64,000 nucleotides of DNA. It comes from an uncultured Candidatus Actinomarina sp. GTDB taxonomy: Bacteria; Actinomycetota; Acidimicrobiia; Actinomarinales; Actinomarinaceae. The notes beneath the pieces are model-generated. The model saw only the letters and a program-made list of their open reading frames with translations, did not search any database and had not been told where the DNA came from. Positions 20,633-29,068 of this stretch are shown here, in pieces (position 1 is the stretch's first letter; each line of letters opens with the position of its first letter). The position numbers and the translations under genes are program-made. The stretch is taken from assembly GCA_902596545.1 (NCBI GenBank), contig CACJUH010000001.1, forward strand, positions 6,858 to 70,857, read 5' to 3'.

Positions 20633-21346
20633 GTGATTGAAATTAAAAATCTCACTATGAGATACAAAAACGGAAAAGGCGTTGGAGATATCAATATCTC
20701 TGTTGATAATGGCGAGGTTAAAGGGCTTCTCGGTCCTAATGGTGCTGGAAAATCTACAACAATGAGAAGTCTTATGGGATTTTTGATGCCCTCTGAAGGC
20801 TCACTTTCAGTTGAGGGAATTGATACAATTGAAAACCCTGTTGAGGCAAAGAAAATAATAGGATATTTACCTGGAGATCCTCAACTTCCACAAAATTTAA
20901 ATTCTAAGTCACTATTTAAACTTGGTGCGGATATGAGAGGTCAATCAACCGATTATGCGATGGAATTAGCAGAAAAGTTTGAATTGGAGGTTGATCAAAC
21001 TCTCAAAGAATTATCTAAAGGTAACAGACAAAAAGTTGCATTGATACTTGCGGTGCTTCATAAGCCAAAGGCATTAATTTTAGATGAACCAACTTCCGGT
21101 CTGGACCCCTTTCATCAAAGAACTTTTTTTGAAATTGTAAAAGAATTTGCTAATAATGGTGCAGCAATACTTTTATCATCACATATTATTTCTGAGGTTG
21201 AAAAAGTTGCCGACTCGATGGCAGTTTTAAGAGAAGGTGCAAAAGTATATGATGAAACATATGAGACATTTTTAAATAAAGCAAAAGAAGAAGGCCAAGA
21301 TTTAGAAGATGCTTTTTTTACATTCTATGATAGAAGAGAGGGGTAA
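20633..21346 (+). CDS. ABC-2 type exporter ATP-binding protein
   Basis: GPNGAGKST, LSKGNRQK, LILDEPTSGLDP, SSH. Confidence 0.92.
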   Translation: MIEIKNLTMRYKNGKGVGDINISVDNGEVKGLLGPNGAGKSTTMRSLMGFLMPSEGSLSVEGIDTIENPVEAKKIIGYLPGDPQLPQNLNSKSLFKLGADMRGQSTDYAMELAEKFELEVDQTLKELSKGNRQKVALILAVLHKPKALILDEPTSGLDPFHQRTFFEIVKEFANNGAAILLSSHIISEVEKVADSMAVLREGAKVYDETYETFLNKAKEEGQDLEDAFFTFYDRREG

Positions 21347-22170
21347 TGTTTAATTATTTTAAATACATGATTACAGTCCCAAGAAAATTTATTTTAAATT
21401 GGGCAATTTCCGGAGGAGTTTACTTATTAATACTTCCACTAGCTTTTGCAAATTCAAGTGTAGAAAGTTTGCTTATTGACACACAAAGAGAAGCTTTTAG
21501 AGGAATGTCAGAAAATGAAACAATGATGAATTTGTTGGGAATTTCGGATTGGGACAATGTTTTTACATTAGAAGGAATGGTAACAACTTATTTCTTAGTA
21601 CCATTTGTCCCACTTTTAATTGGCACTGCAACAATAATTCTTTTAAATAAATTAGGTTCAAAAGCAGAAGAGGATGGAACTTTCGAATTTGTTGCTGCTC
21701 TACCCATGACAAGAACTTCTGTGTATTTAACACAATCAATTGTTGCTGTTCTATTCGGTTTATTTGTAACTTTTGCATGGACAAATATTATGTTTATTCC
21801 AATTGCAACTATGGAACTTAGTCAAACACTTGATTATGTTCCACTTATGAAAGCAACACTTCAAGCCGCTTTGGCTGGAGTTACATATGGTGCTCTTGGA
21901 TTTGCGCTTGGAGCATTTACTGGAAAATCTTCAATGGCTTGGGCTTTTGGTGGAGGTTTAATGGCATTTGAATATTTAACCAACTCACTAGCTGGAACAA
22001 ATGATTTCTTTCAATGGTTTGATGATAACCTTTCATCTTTTGGAGCATATGGTAACCCTTATCAAGATGGATTATTTGCTGAAGATTTATTGCTTGTAAT
22101 AGGAAAAATAGCAATATTTTTGACAATAGGATTTATAGGATTCAGAAATAGATCTTTAAATCTTAGATAA
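21346..22170 (+). CDS. ABC-2 type exporter permease
   Basis: About 6 TM segments, EEDGTFE...LPMTR motif, coupled to the ATPase gene. Confidence 0.85.
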   Translation: MFNYFKYMITVPRKFILNWAISGGVYLLILPLAFANSSVESLLIDTQREAFRGMSENETMMNLLGISDWDNVFTLEGMVTTYFLVPFVPLLIGTATIILLNKLGSKAEEDGTFEFVAALPMTRTSVYLTQSIVAVLFGLFVTFAWTNIMFIPIATMELSQTLDYVPLMKATLQAALAGVTYGALGFALGAFTGKSSMAWAFGGGLMAFEYLTNSLAGTNDFFQWFDDNLSSFGAYGNPYQDGLFAEDLLLVIGKIAIFLTIGFIGFRNRSLNLR

Positions 22171-22210
22171 ACAATTTCCTACAAAAATTTAATCTACTTA
22201 ATATAAACGT

Positions 22211-22648
22211 ATGCCAAATTTTTCAAGAACGGTAACAGTTAATACAGATATTGATTCTGCATTTACGTTTTTATCAGACTTTAGAAATTTAAGCAAATGG
22301 GCAGAAGGCGACGAAGGTGAACTTATTACAAAAGAACCTTTAAGGCAAGGTTCAGTCTTCAAAGTAAAAACACATTTTAACAATAAGCCAAGACAGTATG
22401 ATTATGAGATTATTGAGTGGGGCCCACCATTAAGAGTCTCTTTACAAGCAAGCACTTCTATATTTACAATCGTTGACACTATTTTTTTATCAGCAAACTC
22501 AAAAGGTACTGAAGTTACTTACTCAGTAGATATTAAATACAATTTTCCTTTTTTTGTATTGGGAATTTTTGTAGGACCTATTTTTAACAAATTAATGGAT
22601 AAACAAATTAAAAATCTTGAGGTAGTCCTTGGTCCGGTTCAAGACTAG
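22211..22648 (+). CDS. SRPBCC/START-like (polyketide cyclase/dehydrase) family protein
   Basis: AFTFLSDFRNLSKW N-terminal motif, size, C-terminal amphipathic helix. Confidence 0.75.
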   Translation: MPNFSRTVTVNTDIDSAFTFLSDFRNLSKWAEGDEGELITKEPLRQGSVFKVKTHFNNKPRQYDYEIIEWGPPLRVSLQASTSIFTIVDTIFLSANSKGTEVTYSVDIKYNFPFFVLGIFVGPIFNKLMDKQIKNLEVVLGPVQD

Positions 22649-23162
22649 CTTCCTTGTTTTAATTTTAATTTTTTCTGTAAGTTGTCAAGCAGAACAGGAG
22701 AATGAAGTGAACATTGAATACGGAGAGTTTCCGGAGATAAATGGTAGAGATTTAAATAAAAGAGACAAAGTTGTACCAGATGATTTTGTAGATAAAAATC
22801 TTATAATCATTGTTGCTTTTCAACAATGGCATCAGCCTTTAGTAGATGAATCAATATCTTTATTAGAAAACAATGGATTTGGTAACACACACAATATTAT
22901 CGAAGTCCCAACTGTACAAAAGAGTTCTAAATTATTTGAAGTCTATTTAGATGGAATCATGCGAGCAGGAATCAGAGATGACAGAATAAGAGACCGAACA
23001 ATTACTGCTTATGTTGACCTAGATCAGTTTTTAGAGAATTTAGACATACCTTCTAATGAAACAATATATTGGTTTTTGATTGAAAAAGATACTAAAAATA
23101 TTCTTACTCGAGGATATGGAATTATTGCAGAAGAAGATTTAGATTTAATAAATTCTTTTTAG
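22629..23162 (+). CDS. Putative lipoprotein, possibly thioredoxin-like/ATP10-like fold
   Basis: Lipobox SVSC; FP.I.G.DL......VP..F......VAFQQWHQ pattern; no CxxC. Confidence 0.5.
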   Translation: MVRFKTSFLVLILIFSVSCQAEQENEVNIEYGEFPEINGRDLNKRDKVVPDDFVDKNLIIIVAFQQWHQPLVDESISLLENNGFGNTHNIIEVPTVQKSSKLFEVYLDGIMRAGIRDDRIRDRTITAYVDLDQFLENLDIPSNETIYWFLIEKDTKNILTRGYGIIAEEDLDLINSF

Positions 23163-23539
23163 ATATATATAGTTGCAAGATACAGTGCTACTAAAGCCAA
23201 TAAGAGCATTACGCCATTAAAGATACCCCTTACCGCATCACTTACATTTGTCGCTACACTATGAAATGCTATAACTGCTCCCGCCAAAAGTAAGGCACCT
23301 ATCACTACTGACCAATCTGATGCACCACTTTCTATTGTAAATCTAATTGTTATACCTGCGATTAAAGCAATAGCATAAGAAATCCAAGAAATTTTGCTAA
23401 AAGAGTCTCTGAGTACACTTGTTGTATTTTTTGTAGGATCAAATTTATTCAGTTTTGGTGCAAACACTGCCCAAGTAACCATTGAACCAATCCAAATTGA
23501 CAATCCAATCATGTGTAGGTATTTTAAGATATTTTCCAT
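23159..23539 (-). CDS. Small 4-TM membrane protein (CopD/DUF4149-like)
   Basis: LHMIGLSIWIGS N-terminal motif, His in TM3. Confidence 0.55.
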   Translation of the reverse strand: MENILKYLHMIGLSIWIGSMVTWAVFAPKLNKFDPTKNTTSVLRDSFSKISWISYAIALIAGITIRFTIESGASDWSVVIGALLLAGAVIAFHSVATNVSDAVRGIFNGVMLLLALVALYLATIYI

Positions 23540-23580
23540 AGCAAAATGATACCATAGGGCAATTCATTTAAAATATTCAT

Positions 23581-24576
23581 ATGGAGAATTACCAGGCATG
23601 GGTACAAGACGATATCGCACCATTTTCAAATTTAAAATATAAATCAATCAAATACCCAACAATTAACGAAAAAGAATTGATAATTGAAACAAAAGCTGCA
23701 ACGTTAAATTTTGCAGATTTACTTTTATCAAGTGGCATGTATCAATCAAACCCTAAGACCCCTTTTGTTCCTGGCTTTGAAGTTGCAGGTACTGTTAAAG
23801 AGTGCAGTGCTGACAGCAAATTTGCCGTAGGAGATAGAGTAGTAGCAGCAACAACAGTATTTAGATCAGGAAGACACGGCAGCTTTGGCGAATACTGCGT
23901 TGCTTCAGAAAATTTAGCATATAAACTGCCTGAAGAAATTTCTTATGAAGTTGGCGCTGCAATCCTTATGTCTTATTTAACATCAGATTTTGCTCTCCAC
24001 AGACGAGCTCAATTAAAAAAGGATGAGATTGTTTTAGTTAATGCTGCCGCAGGGGGAGTAGGAATTTCTGCTGTGCAACTAGCAAAAATCGAAGGGGCAA
24101 GAGTTATAGCTGCTGTAGGTTCAGATGAAAAAAAGAAGTTTATTCAACAATTTGAACCAGATCTAGTTATTAATTATCAAAAGGAAAATCTTAAAGATGT
24201 TGTTGAAGAAAAATTTGGCAAAAGATCAGTAAATGTATTTTATGATCAAGTTGGAGGTGAACCTTATGAAGAGGGAATAAGGCTCTTATCATCTGAAGGC
24301 AGGGCACTTATTGTAGGTTTTGCGAGCGGAAATATTCCCTCTCAACTACTAAGTTATCTTTTGGTCAAAAATATTTCAATAATGGGTGTTTTTATGATTA
24401 GTTTTGAAAATGATGATAAAGAGTATTTAGAAACAAGGATGAAGATAATATTTGATCGCTATTTGAATAAAACTATTAAACCTGTGTACGAGACAATAAA
24501 TTTTGATGAAATTATTAAGTATCTTGAACTTATTGGTAGTAGAAAAACAATCGGAAGAATAGTAGCTCTTAGATAG
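23581..24576 (+). CDS. NADPH:quinone oxidoreductase (zeta-crystallin/MDR family)
   Basis: LNFADLL..G.YQ, PFVPGFEVAG, AAAGGVG, VGFASG. Confidence 0.88.
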   Translation: MENYQAWVQDDIAPFSNLKYKSIKYPTINEKELIIETKAATLNFADLLLSSGMYQSNPKTPFVPGFEVAGTVKECSADSKFAVGDRVVAATTVFRSGRHGSFGEYCVASENLAYKLPEEISYEVGAAILMSYLTSDFALHRRAQLKKDEIVLVNAAAGGVGISAVQLAKIEGARVIAAVGSDEKKKFIQQFEPDLVINYQKENLKDVVEEKFGKRSVNVFYDQVGGEPYEEGIRLLSSEGRALIVGFASGNIPSQLLSYLLVKNISIMGVFMISFENDDKEYLETRMKIIFDRYLNKTIKPVYETINFDEIIKYLELIGSRKTIGRIVALR

Positions 24577-24608
24577 AAACTTTTTATTTAAGAACTAATA
24601 TATAAGAA

Positions 24609-25211
24609 ATGGCAAAATTATATTTTTACTACTCAGCAATGAATGCAGGAAAAAGCACTACTCTTCTTCAATCTGCTCATAACTATGAAGAGAGAGATAT
24701 GAGAACCTTATTGTTTACTCCAAAATTAGACGATAGATTTGGTGAGGGAAGAATAACTTCTCGTATTGGTCTAGATAGAGATTGTGAAATATTTACATCA
24801 GACGATGATTTATATGTCTGGACAGCCCATGAACACCAAAGAGAAAATGTGTCTTGTGTTTTGGTAGATGAAGCACAGTTTTTAAGTCCAAAGCAAGTTC
24901 TTCAGCTAACTTTGGTAGTAGATAAATTAAAAATACCAGTTTTATGTTACGGATTAAGATCAGACTTTAGAGGAGAGCCATTTCCTGGTAGTGCATATCT
25001 TTTGGCTTGGTCAGATGAAATGACTGAGATAAAAACTATATGTAAATCAGGAAAAAAAGCAACAATGAATGCAAGGCTAGATGAAAGTGGAAATAGAGTA
25101 ACCGAAGGTGACCAGATATCTATTGGTTTAAACTACGAGGCTCAGGCAAGAGATGTTTTTGAATTGGATAAAGTTTCACCTATTGGATATCAGATTCCTG
25201 AAGCTAATTGA
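24609..25211 (+). CDS. tdk: Thymidine kinase
   Basis: MAKLYFYYSAMNAGKST, VDEAQFL, YGLRSDF.GEPFPGS. Confidence 0.93.
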   Translation: MAKLYFYYSAMNAGKSTTLLQSAHNYEERDMRTLLFTPKLDDRFGEGRITSRIGLDRDCEIFTSDDDLYVWTAHEHQRENVSCVLVDEAQFLSPKQVLQLTLVVDKLKIPVLCYGLRSDFRGEPFPGSAYLLAWSDEMTEIKTICKSGKKATMNARLDESGNRVTEGDQISIGLNYEAQARDVFELDKVSPIGYQIPEAN

Positions 25212-25213
25212 TA

Positions 25214-25696
25214 TTAAACACCATTTTCTAATGGTGGTTCTGGTCTAGTCGCTAACCATAGACACAATGCAATACCAAAACCTCCAAATATTAAGTCTCC
25301 AACTAATGAGAAGACAAAATAGATTGTTAATGCAAAGGTTGGAATTATCATTGAGATAGCAAGCTTTTTTGCTCTTCTCGATAAACCTCTATATGTTTGC
25401 CAATTTAAGATTATTGGGCCAAATATCCTATGATTTTCTAGCCATAGAGTAAATCTTTCGGAACATTTTGAGAAAGCCCATGCAGCAATCAGTATGAAAA
25501 CTGTTGTAGGTAATCCTGGAACTACAATTCCGACATATCCTAATGAAAGAGAAAGAATTCCAATAGTGAAAAATATTGGTTTATGAATTTTTATAAATAA
25601 ATTAGGAAAAAATTTGTAAAGAATAATAAAAAGAAATATACCACCGCCAATATAGCTAAAAAGCTCATATGGGATGTTTTGTAAAAAAGTACTCAT
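25214..25696 (-). CDS. YbaN/DUF454 family inner-membrane protein
   Basis: GIVVPGLPTTVFILIAAWAFSKCSERF..WL..H..FGP....W signature; start set at MSTF. Confidence 0.88.
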   Translation of the reverse strand: MSTFLQNIPYELFSYIGGGIFLFIILYKFFPNLFIKIHKPIFFTIGILSLSLGYVGIVVPGLPTTVFILIAAWAFSKCSERFTLWLENHRIFGPIILNWQTYRGLSRRAKKLAISMIIPTFALTIYFVFSLVGDLIFGGFGIALCLWLATRPEPPLENGV

Positions 25697-25736
25697 GTAC
25701 AAATTATAAAATTTCTAAGAGTAATCATAAATTGAA

Positions 25737-26426
25737 TCAACTAACAAAGACTCTTTCTGCGATATATTGATCTAATCCAAAGAATTGATCTTTAGCAACA
25801 CTAACTGTTATGGAGTACTCGTTTGCATCATAAATATTTATTTGATTTCCAGGCAAGATTCTATTTTTTTGAAGAAAAGATATTACAGAACTGTCTCTTT
25901 TCAATTCCTCTGATATTTTTACTATAGAGTATTTTTTATTCGAATTACCTTCTACATCTATCAATCTGCTCATTGGGCCCTCAAAATAGCTAGAGTATGG
26001 AATTGGGTTTCCAAAAAGACCAGTCTTTGGATAACCCAAAACTTTTAACATGGCTTCTTCAGTTACAGAGCTAAGAACATTTTCCCATTTTTTAGTTTCT
26101 GTATAAACTTGTTCCCAGGGTAAATCTAAAATTTCGGATAAAAATCTTTCGACTATTCTGTGTCTTCTTGCAATCATTTTCGCTAAATAGGTACCTTTTT
26201 CAGATAGTTTCAATTCGTCCTGCATTTCAATGAGACCACTGTTTTGCATTCTTCCTATAACTTGAGAGACATTAGCCCTACTAACACCTAGCCAATCAGC
26301 TACACGAGTTTGCTTAACTTCTATCCCAACTTCAGTTAAGTGAAAAATAGCTTCAGCATGCGTATAAAAAGAGTTTGGTAATTTTTCAATCTCTTTCTGT
26401 GTAAAAACATATGGGTTATTATTCAT
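25737..26426 (-). CDS. DtxR/IdeR/MntR-family transcriptional regulator with C-terminal FeoA/SH3-like domain
   Basis: HTH LGVSRANVSQ, RRHRIVERFL, LGYP....FGNPIP; several metal ligands are substituted. Confidence 0.85.
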   Translation of the reverse strand: MNNNPYVFTQKEIEKLPNSFYTHAEAIFHLTEVGIEVKQTRVADWLGVSRANVSQVIGRMQNSGLIEMQDELKLSEKGTYLAKMIARRHRIVERFLSEILDLPWEQVYTETKKWENVLSSVTEEAMLKVLGYPKTGLFGNPIPYSSYFEGPMSRLIDVEGNSNKKYSIVKISEELKRDSSVISFLQKNRILPGNQINIYDANEYSITVSVAKDQFFGLDQYIAERVFVS

Positions 26427-26435
26427 TATCTTATA

Positions 26436-26453
26436 TGTTAACAGTTGTTAACT
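26436..26453. promoter_or_regulatory. Candidate operator TGTTAA-N6-TTAAC upstream of the DtxR-family gene
   Basis: TGTTAACAGTTGTTAACT, 9 nt from the start codon and overlapping its putative -10; same motif at 27808-27825. Confidence 0.5.
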
Positions 26454-26469
26454 TAGAAGTGTAAAAATT

Positions 26470-26565
26470 TTAAAATGCAGGACACCCTACAGCGAAAGTA
26501 AGCCCAAAAAACAGCAACCATAAAATTGGTTCATATTTTCTTACAAGTTTCGGATCTTTTTGCAT
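26470..26565 (-). CDS. Putative small membrane peptide (31 aa)
   Basis: MQKDPKLVRKYEPILWLLFFGLTFAVGCPAF*; TAGAAT 7 nt before ATG (leaderless pattern); one hydrophobic helix. Confidence 0.5.
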   Translation of the reverse strand: MQKDPKLVRKYEPILWLLFFGLTFAVGCPAF

Positions 26566-26603
26566 TATAAATATTCTACTATTTGATGTATAATATCAGT
26601 AAT

Positions 26604-26723
26604 ATGATGTGTCCATATGCATATATTTTGGCTGGCTTTATGTGGTTTGTCCGCAATGGTGGTAAATTTGTACTTAAATCACTGAGCTTTAAAAAGCCAG
26701 TTAAATCAGCTAGCTCTCACTAA
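26604..26723 (+). CDS. Putative small peptide (39 aa)
   Basis: MMCPYAYILAGFMWFVRNGGKFVLKSLSFKKPVKSASSH*; TATAAT at 26589-26594; overlaps the 3' end of the ferrochelatase gene by 18 nt. Confidence 0.4.
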   Translation: MMCPYAYILAGFMWFVRNGGKFVLKSLSFKKPVKSASSH

Positions 26724-27725
26724 ATTTTCTAGCAAATTAATAGTATCTTCAGAATCATTCAAGCATGGTATGTATGTCATTTTTTTACCGCCTGCTTTCA
26801 AAAAAGTCTCTCTGCCACGAATGTCTATTTCTTCAAGAGTTTCTAAACAGTCAGAAATAAATGATGGACATAGAATAGCAATATTGTCTTTACCTTCTTC
26901 TGGAAGTTTTGCTAATCTCTTATCGGTAAAAGGAGTCAACCATCCAGGACCAATTCTTGATTGATATGCAATTTCCCACTGATCATCTTCTAAACCAAGT
27001 TTTTTAGCGGTTAAGTCAGATGCTATTCGAGTATGGGATCTGTAGCAGTCTTTAGAACCATCATTTTCTACTTCACAACAATTAGAAGTTGAAAAACAAT
27101 GCTCACCTGTTTCATCTGTCTTTTTTGCCTGTCTTTTTGGTATTCCATGGTAGCTAAAGATAATTTTGTCATATGATTTGTTTTCTACATAAGGTCTAAT
27201 GGAATTGACCATTGCATTTATATATTCTTCATTATCAAAAAATGGTTTTGTAAATATTAACTCGAAGTCATTGGAGATATTCATTGCTACATTTCTTGTT
27301 TCTAATTCTGTAGTTACAGTTGTAGCCATTGCGTTATGTGGATATAAAGAAATTACATAGATTTTGTTAATTTCATTTTCTTTAAATTTATGTAGTGCTT
27401 TCTCAATACTTGGTTCTTCATATCTCATTGCATACTCAACATTCCAACCAGTTTTTTCCGTTAATTTATTTGCGATGCTCTCTGTTGAAATAATTAATGG
27501 CGAACCCTCTTTAGTCCAAATTTTCTCATAGGCTTCTAAAGTATTCTTTGGACGAAAGGGGAGAATGAATAAACGAAGAATAAATTGTTGAAAAAATTTT
27601 GGCAAATCTACAACATTGTCATCAGACAAAAAGACACGTAAATATTGTCTCACAGATTTTTTACTTAGTTCTTTTGGAGAACCTAGATTGATTAACAGTA
27701 CACCTTCGTTTTTTTGTAAATCCAC
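26706..27725 (-). CDS. hemH: Ferrochelatase (protoporphyrin-type, with Cys-rich insertion)
   Basis: LLINLGSP, GSPL, AMRY, FSYHGIP, YQSR.G..WL.P, SDCLETLEEI, IPCLND. Confidence 0.94.
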   Translation of the reverse strand: MDLQKNEGVLLINLGSPKELSKKSVRQYLRVFLSDDNVVDLPKFFQQFILRLFILPFRPKNTLEAYEKIWTKEGSPLIISTESIANKLTEKTGWNVEYAMRYEEPSIEKALHKFKENEINKIYVISLYPHNAMATTVTTELETRNVAMNISNDFELIFTKPFFDNEEYINAMVNSIRPYVENKSYDKIIFSYHGIPKRQAKKTDETGEHCFSTSNCCEVENDGSKDCYRSHTRIASDLTAKKLGLEDDQWEIAYQSRIGPGWLTPFTDKRLAKLPEEGKDNIAILCPSFISDCLETLEEIDIRGRETFLKAGGKKMTYIPCLNDSEDTINLLENLVRAS

Positions 27726-27805
27726 CTTTTAATAATAAAATATTTTCTATTTAAAAATAAATTACATTCAAAAAAAAAATTCAAAATAAATTACCATTAA
27801 CTATA

Positions 27806-27827
27806 TTTGTTAAGTACTATTAACAAA
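27806..27827. promoter_or_regulatory. Palindromic candidate operator upstream of the Fe3+ ABC binding-protein gene
   Basis: TTTGTTAA-GTACTA-TTAACAAA, perfect 8-bp arms, 21 nt before the ATG. Confidence 0.6.
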
Positions 27828-27848
27828 GTTAAGCGAATAAAGGTTAAA

Positions 27849-28967
27849 ATGAATAAAAAATTAACAGTTACTTTGATTGCTTTAATGATGGTTTTAACTG
27901 CTTGTTCTCCAACAGCCGGAGAAGCAGGACCAGCAGGAGAGCAAGGACCAGCAGGTGCGCAAGGACCAGCAGGTGAAGTATCACAAGAAGCTATTGATGC
28001 TGCTGTTGAAGCAGCACTCGCTGAACCAGAAGCCGAAGTAGGTGGAACACTAGTAATTTATAGTGGTAGAAAAGAAAGTTTAGTCGCAGATATCATTGCA
28101 GAATTTGCTGCAACTTCAGGTGTTGAAGTTGAAGTAAGATATGCAAAAAGTCCGGCATTAGCAGGAACAGTTGTTCTTGAAGGTGCCATAAGCCCTGCAG
28201 ATGTATTCTTTTCACAAGATCCTGTAAGCCTTGGTGTAATTGCCAAAGAAGGATTGTTTGACCGACTTCCGGATAGCGTTCTAGATAATGTTCCAGCATG
28301 GGCAGTAGACAAAAATGGATACTGGGTTGGTACATCTGGAAGATCAAGATCTCTAGTAGTTGATACAAGAGACGTCACTGATGCAGAATTGCCAGGTGAT
28401 ATCTATGGTCTTGCCGACGAAAAGTTTAGAAACAGATTAGGTTTAGCACCAACTAATGGATCATTCCTTGCAATGGTTGCATGTATGATCGAATCAGATG
28501 GTGAAGAAAAAGTTCTAGATTGGTTAACAACAATTAATGGTCTTGGATACGGAGAATATCCAAAGAACTCTCCACAAGTTGCTGCTGCAGCTGCAGGAGA
28601 ACTTGATATTGGAATGATTAACCATTACTACACATTAAGAGTTTTAGCAGAAGATCCTTCTGCTCCAATTAAGAATGTGTATCTAGATGGTGGTTGCGGA
28701 GCAATGGTTATGCCTGCAGGTGTTGGAATTTTGTCCTCAAGCCAAAATAAACCAGCAGCTATGGCATTCGTTGAATTTTTACATTCAAAATCAGCTCAAG
28801 AAACATTTACAAACACTGTATATGAGTTCCCTCTTGTAGCAGGAATTGAGCCAAACGAATTGTTGCCAGATATAAACAGTTTGAACTCTCCTTCAAACTT
28901 AAACTGGTCTGCATTAGCGTTATGGCAGGAAAAAGCTGTTGAACTAATTGCTCAGGCAGGATATTAA
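27849..28967 (+). CDS. Fe(III) ABC transporter substrate-binding lipoprotein (FbpA/FutA/AfuA family)
   Basis: Lipobox LTAC, YSGR, SPADVF, INHYY (iron-ligand tyrosines), EFPL; start set at MNKK. Confidence 0.88.
   Translation: MNKKLTVTLIALMMVLTACSPTAGEAGPAGEQGPAGAQGPAGEVSQEAIDAAVEAALAEPEAEVGGTLVIYSGRKESLVADIIAEFAATSGVEVEVRYAKSPALAGTVVLEGAISPADVFFSQDPVSLGVIAKEGLFDRLPDSVLDNVPAWAVDKNGYWVGTSGRSRSLVVDTRDVTDAELPGDIYGLADEKFRNRLGLAPTNGSFLAMVACMIESDGEEKVLDWLTTINGLGYGEYPKNSPQVAAAAAGELDIGMINHYYTLRVLAEDPSAPIKNVYLDGGCGAMVMPAGVGILSSSQNKPAAMAFVEFLHSKSAQETFTNTVYEFPLVAGIEPNELLPDINSLNSPSNLNWSALALWQEKAVELIAQAGY
27918..27980 (+). repeat. Collagen-like Gly-X-Y repeat (7 triplets) within the Fe-binding lipoprotein
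   Basis: GEA GPA GEQ GPA GAQ GPA GEV; AGGACCAGCAGG recurs three times with 18-nt period. Confidence 0.9.
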
Positions 28968-28993
28968 TCCGTCCGTCAGCATCAACATAAGCC

Positions 28994-29031
28994 AAAAAAT
29001 TCTGGTCAGAGAAATCTGACCAGAATTTTTT
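28994..29031 (+). terminator. Intrinsic terminator after the Fe-binding protein gene
   Basis: AAAAAATTCTGGTCAGA-GAAA-TCTGACCAGAATTTTTT, perfect stem with GNRA loop. Confidence 0.88.
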
Positions 29032-29068
29032 CTTTTAATATTTAATTTTTCAATATATTCTTAAATAA

